A stretch of 63,648 bases of DNA, filler included, from Octopus bimaculoides (lineage: Eukaryota): assembly GCF_001194135.2 (NCBI RefSeq). It is 6 parts of 6 records of this genome, joined end to end, with 100 filler letters (N's around TTAATTAATTAA, not from the genome) between each part and the next. Parts side by side here need not be neighbours in the genome. Positions count along the whole stretch, not along the records: positions 56,508 to 63,648 come from NW_026381516.1; 5 more parts are not named here. One strand, given 5' to 3'. Positions 61,511-63,648 of this stretch are shown here, in pieces. Under the pieces are notes generated by a model that had not been told where the DNA came from, did no database searches, and saw only the letters and a program-made list of their open reading frames with translations. Position numbers and translations under genes: made by a program. Each line of letters starts with the position of its first letter. Position 1 is the stretch's first letter.

Positions 61511-62495
61511 CAGACAGACAGACATACACATGTATGGTCACCGTTCGAAGACCCTTCATCCAAGTTTTGTTCAACGAGTGTCAGTTTACTTGGGGTTAAA
61601 TAACCGTAACGTAAGAAGCGTTTTTGTTTTGTTTTTTTTTGTTTTTTTTGTTGTTATTCCTTCTTTTCTCAACCTCATTTACACCCACCCACCTACCACT
61701 CACACACGCACGCGCACACCGCCAAAAAACAACAACAACAACAACATCAACAACTAGAAGTTGTTCTGTGACATGTGTTGAAAACGTTTAATTCATTCAT
61801 TGTATATGAAAAATCATTTTTCCTTAAATACTTAATCCGAATTAGCAAGTCCAAATAAAGAGTTGATAATATATCTAAATCTCATTAGTTGAATGAACAG
61901 GCGACATGTGTATGTGTGTGTGTGTGTGTGTGTGTGTCTAATTTTTTTTATAATTAGACTTATTAATTAATTAGTTAGCTGAGATGATGAATTGGAATAA
62001 ATTGAAATCAATGACATTTCGAATGAAAAAATTTGTGAAAGCAAAACAAAAATAAAACGAACAAAAAATCCCCAAACCAAGGAGATATGTAAATAAATCT
62101 TAATTAAGCTCTGTACCTAAAATAAATTAATTATGGTGTCCCATTAAGTTTTAGATCTAATAAATTCAATTAATGGGGAATTCTCCATGTTGGCACCGGT
62201 CCGTGTAGACCGTCGACGCCTCTCATTCGCAGCGTGTTTTTTCGTGTCCCAATGGGAGAATAAACTTTGATATCGTTGTTGTTGTTGTTGTTTATGTTGT
62301 TATTGTTGTCGTCGTCGTCGTCATCGTTGTTAATATGATGGTTTTCGTTGTTGCTGTTGATTTTGTTGTTGTTGTTGTTATTACATTATGAGGTCAAAAT
62401 GAGGTTAACATGAGACCGGAAAAAAAAAGTAAAATGGCGATTTCCAGAAAAATGGGGATGTCTGGGTGTTGCTAACATTTAATCAATAATCATAA

Positions 62496-62958
62496 CAAGC
62501 ATTCGATCAGTTGTCAAGCATTCGATCAGTTGACAAGCATTCGATCAGTTGACAAGCATTCGATCAGTTGACAAGCATTCGATCAGTTGACAAGCATTCG
62601 ATCAGTTGTCAAGCATTCGATCAGTTGTCAAGCATTCGATCAGTTGACAAGCATTCGATCAGTTGACAAGCATTCGATCAGTTGAATCAGNNNNNNNNNN
62701 NNNNNNNNNNNNNNNNNNNNNNNNNNNNNNNNNNNNNNNNNNNNNNNNNNNNNNNNNNNNNNNNNNNACAAGCATTCGATCAGTTGTCAAGCATTCGATC
62801 AGTTGACAAGCATTCGATCAGTTGACAAGCATTCGATCAGTTGACAAGCATTCGATCAGTTGACAAGCATTCGATCAGTTGTCAAGCATTCGATCAGTTG
62901 TCAAGCATTCGATCAGTTGACAAGCATTCGATCAGTTGACAAGCATTCGATCAGTTGA
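62496..62958. repeat. 19-bp minisatellite CAAGCATTCGATCAGTTG(A/T); two identical 10-unit blocks across a gap
   Basis: 62496-62685 and 62769-62958; both show last-base order T,A,A,A,A,T,T,A,A,A and are followed by ATCAG. Confidence 0.95.
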
Positions 62959-63012
62959 ATCAGTGCGAAGAACAGAGGATCAAATGCAGTTATATATATA
63001 TAAATATGTATA

Positions 63013-63208
63013 TCTTGTTTCAGCCATTAGACTGCAGCCATGCTGGGGCACCGCCGTGGAGAATTTTTAGTCGAACGAATTGGCCCCGCTACTTATTATT
63101 TCGCTATGCCGAGTATATATTCTATTGGTAACCGCTAAGTTACGGGGACGTAAACACAACAACACCGGTTGTCAAAAACGGAGGTGAGAGACAAATACAT
63201 ACACAAAG

Positions 63209-63277
<69 letters not shown>

Positions 63278-63548
63278 GAATTTACAAAAAACAAAAGACG
63301 TAGACAGGTGTGTAAAGACGTAGACAGATGTATTACTTTAACGCTCGGGAAGTGAGAATATCTTTTACATTTCGAGCCTACGCTCTTCGACAGAAAGGAA
63401 CACACGACGGGCTTCTATCAGTTTCCATCTACCAAATCCGCTCATATCACTTTGGTCGTCCCGAGATTATACCGGAAGACACTTGCCCAGGGTGCCACAC
63501 AGCGGGACTGAACTCAAAACGATGTGGTTGGGGAAGCCACGCCTGCGC
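63013..63548 (-). mobile_element. SINE-B split by a Penelope-like fragment
   Basis: 3' half at 63013-63210 and 5' half at 63405-63548, separated by CA/TA microsatellite plus the insert. Confidence 0.75.
63272..63404 (-). mobile_element. Penelope-like terminal fragment with minimal hammerhead-like motif
   Basis: Minus strand CCTTT-CTGTCGA-AGAGCGTAGGCTC-GAAATGTA-AAAGA; homologous to 6565-6792. Confidence 0.55.
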
Positions 63549-63648
63549 ATATACACACGTCCATACATACATAGAGAAAACTGCTTTTCTTGTGAAGAAT
63601 TTACAATGAAGAAGAGGAAGACAAGTTTTAGAAGCGGAAAAGAAAAAA

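Noticed and set aside
62496-62958. CRISPR-like or higher-order array
   Set aside because: No spacers, eukaryotic context; the two blocks are identical including their exit sequence, most simply one array assembled twice.

Overview
AT-rich, microsatellite-dense eukaryotic genomic DNA with many N gaps. The repeat content looks like an octopus-type cephalopod draft assembly (inferred from recalled SINE families, not a search). No host protein-coding gene can be supported; most six-frame ORFs are microsatellite or N artefacts. The recognisable content is mobile DNA: a decayed RTE LINE (~2.4-4.65 kb), an R4/Dong-type REL retrotransposon ending in a TAA microsatellite (45.7-47.9 kb), Tx1/L1-type LINE fragments (47.9-50.1 kb), a mariner fossil with an internal inversion (~21.3-21.7 kb), TTAA/CCCT-ended piggyBac-like MITEs in a ~282-bp tandem array (28.4-30.5 kb), three tRNA-headed SINE families and Penelope-like fragments. 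The strongest signal is a ~354-bp repeat family with two diverged copies (11.1-11.4 kb and 31.9-32.4 kb). Each carries a type I hammerhead ribozyme fold on the minus strand, with a conserved core, a GUC site, a palindromic stem III and different but still pairing stem I sequences, which suggests a retrozyme-like family. Secondary highlights: SINE dimers/trimers bracketed by a single TSD pair, a SINE tail resembling the local Tx1 3' end, minimal hammerhead variants in Penelope-like fragments, and a 53-bp-arm hairpin.
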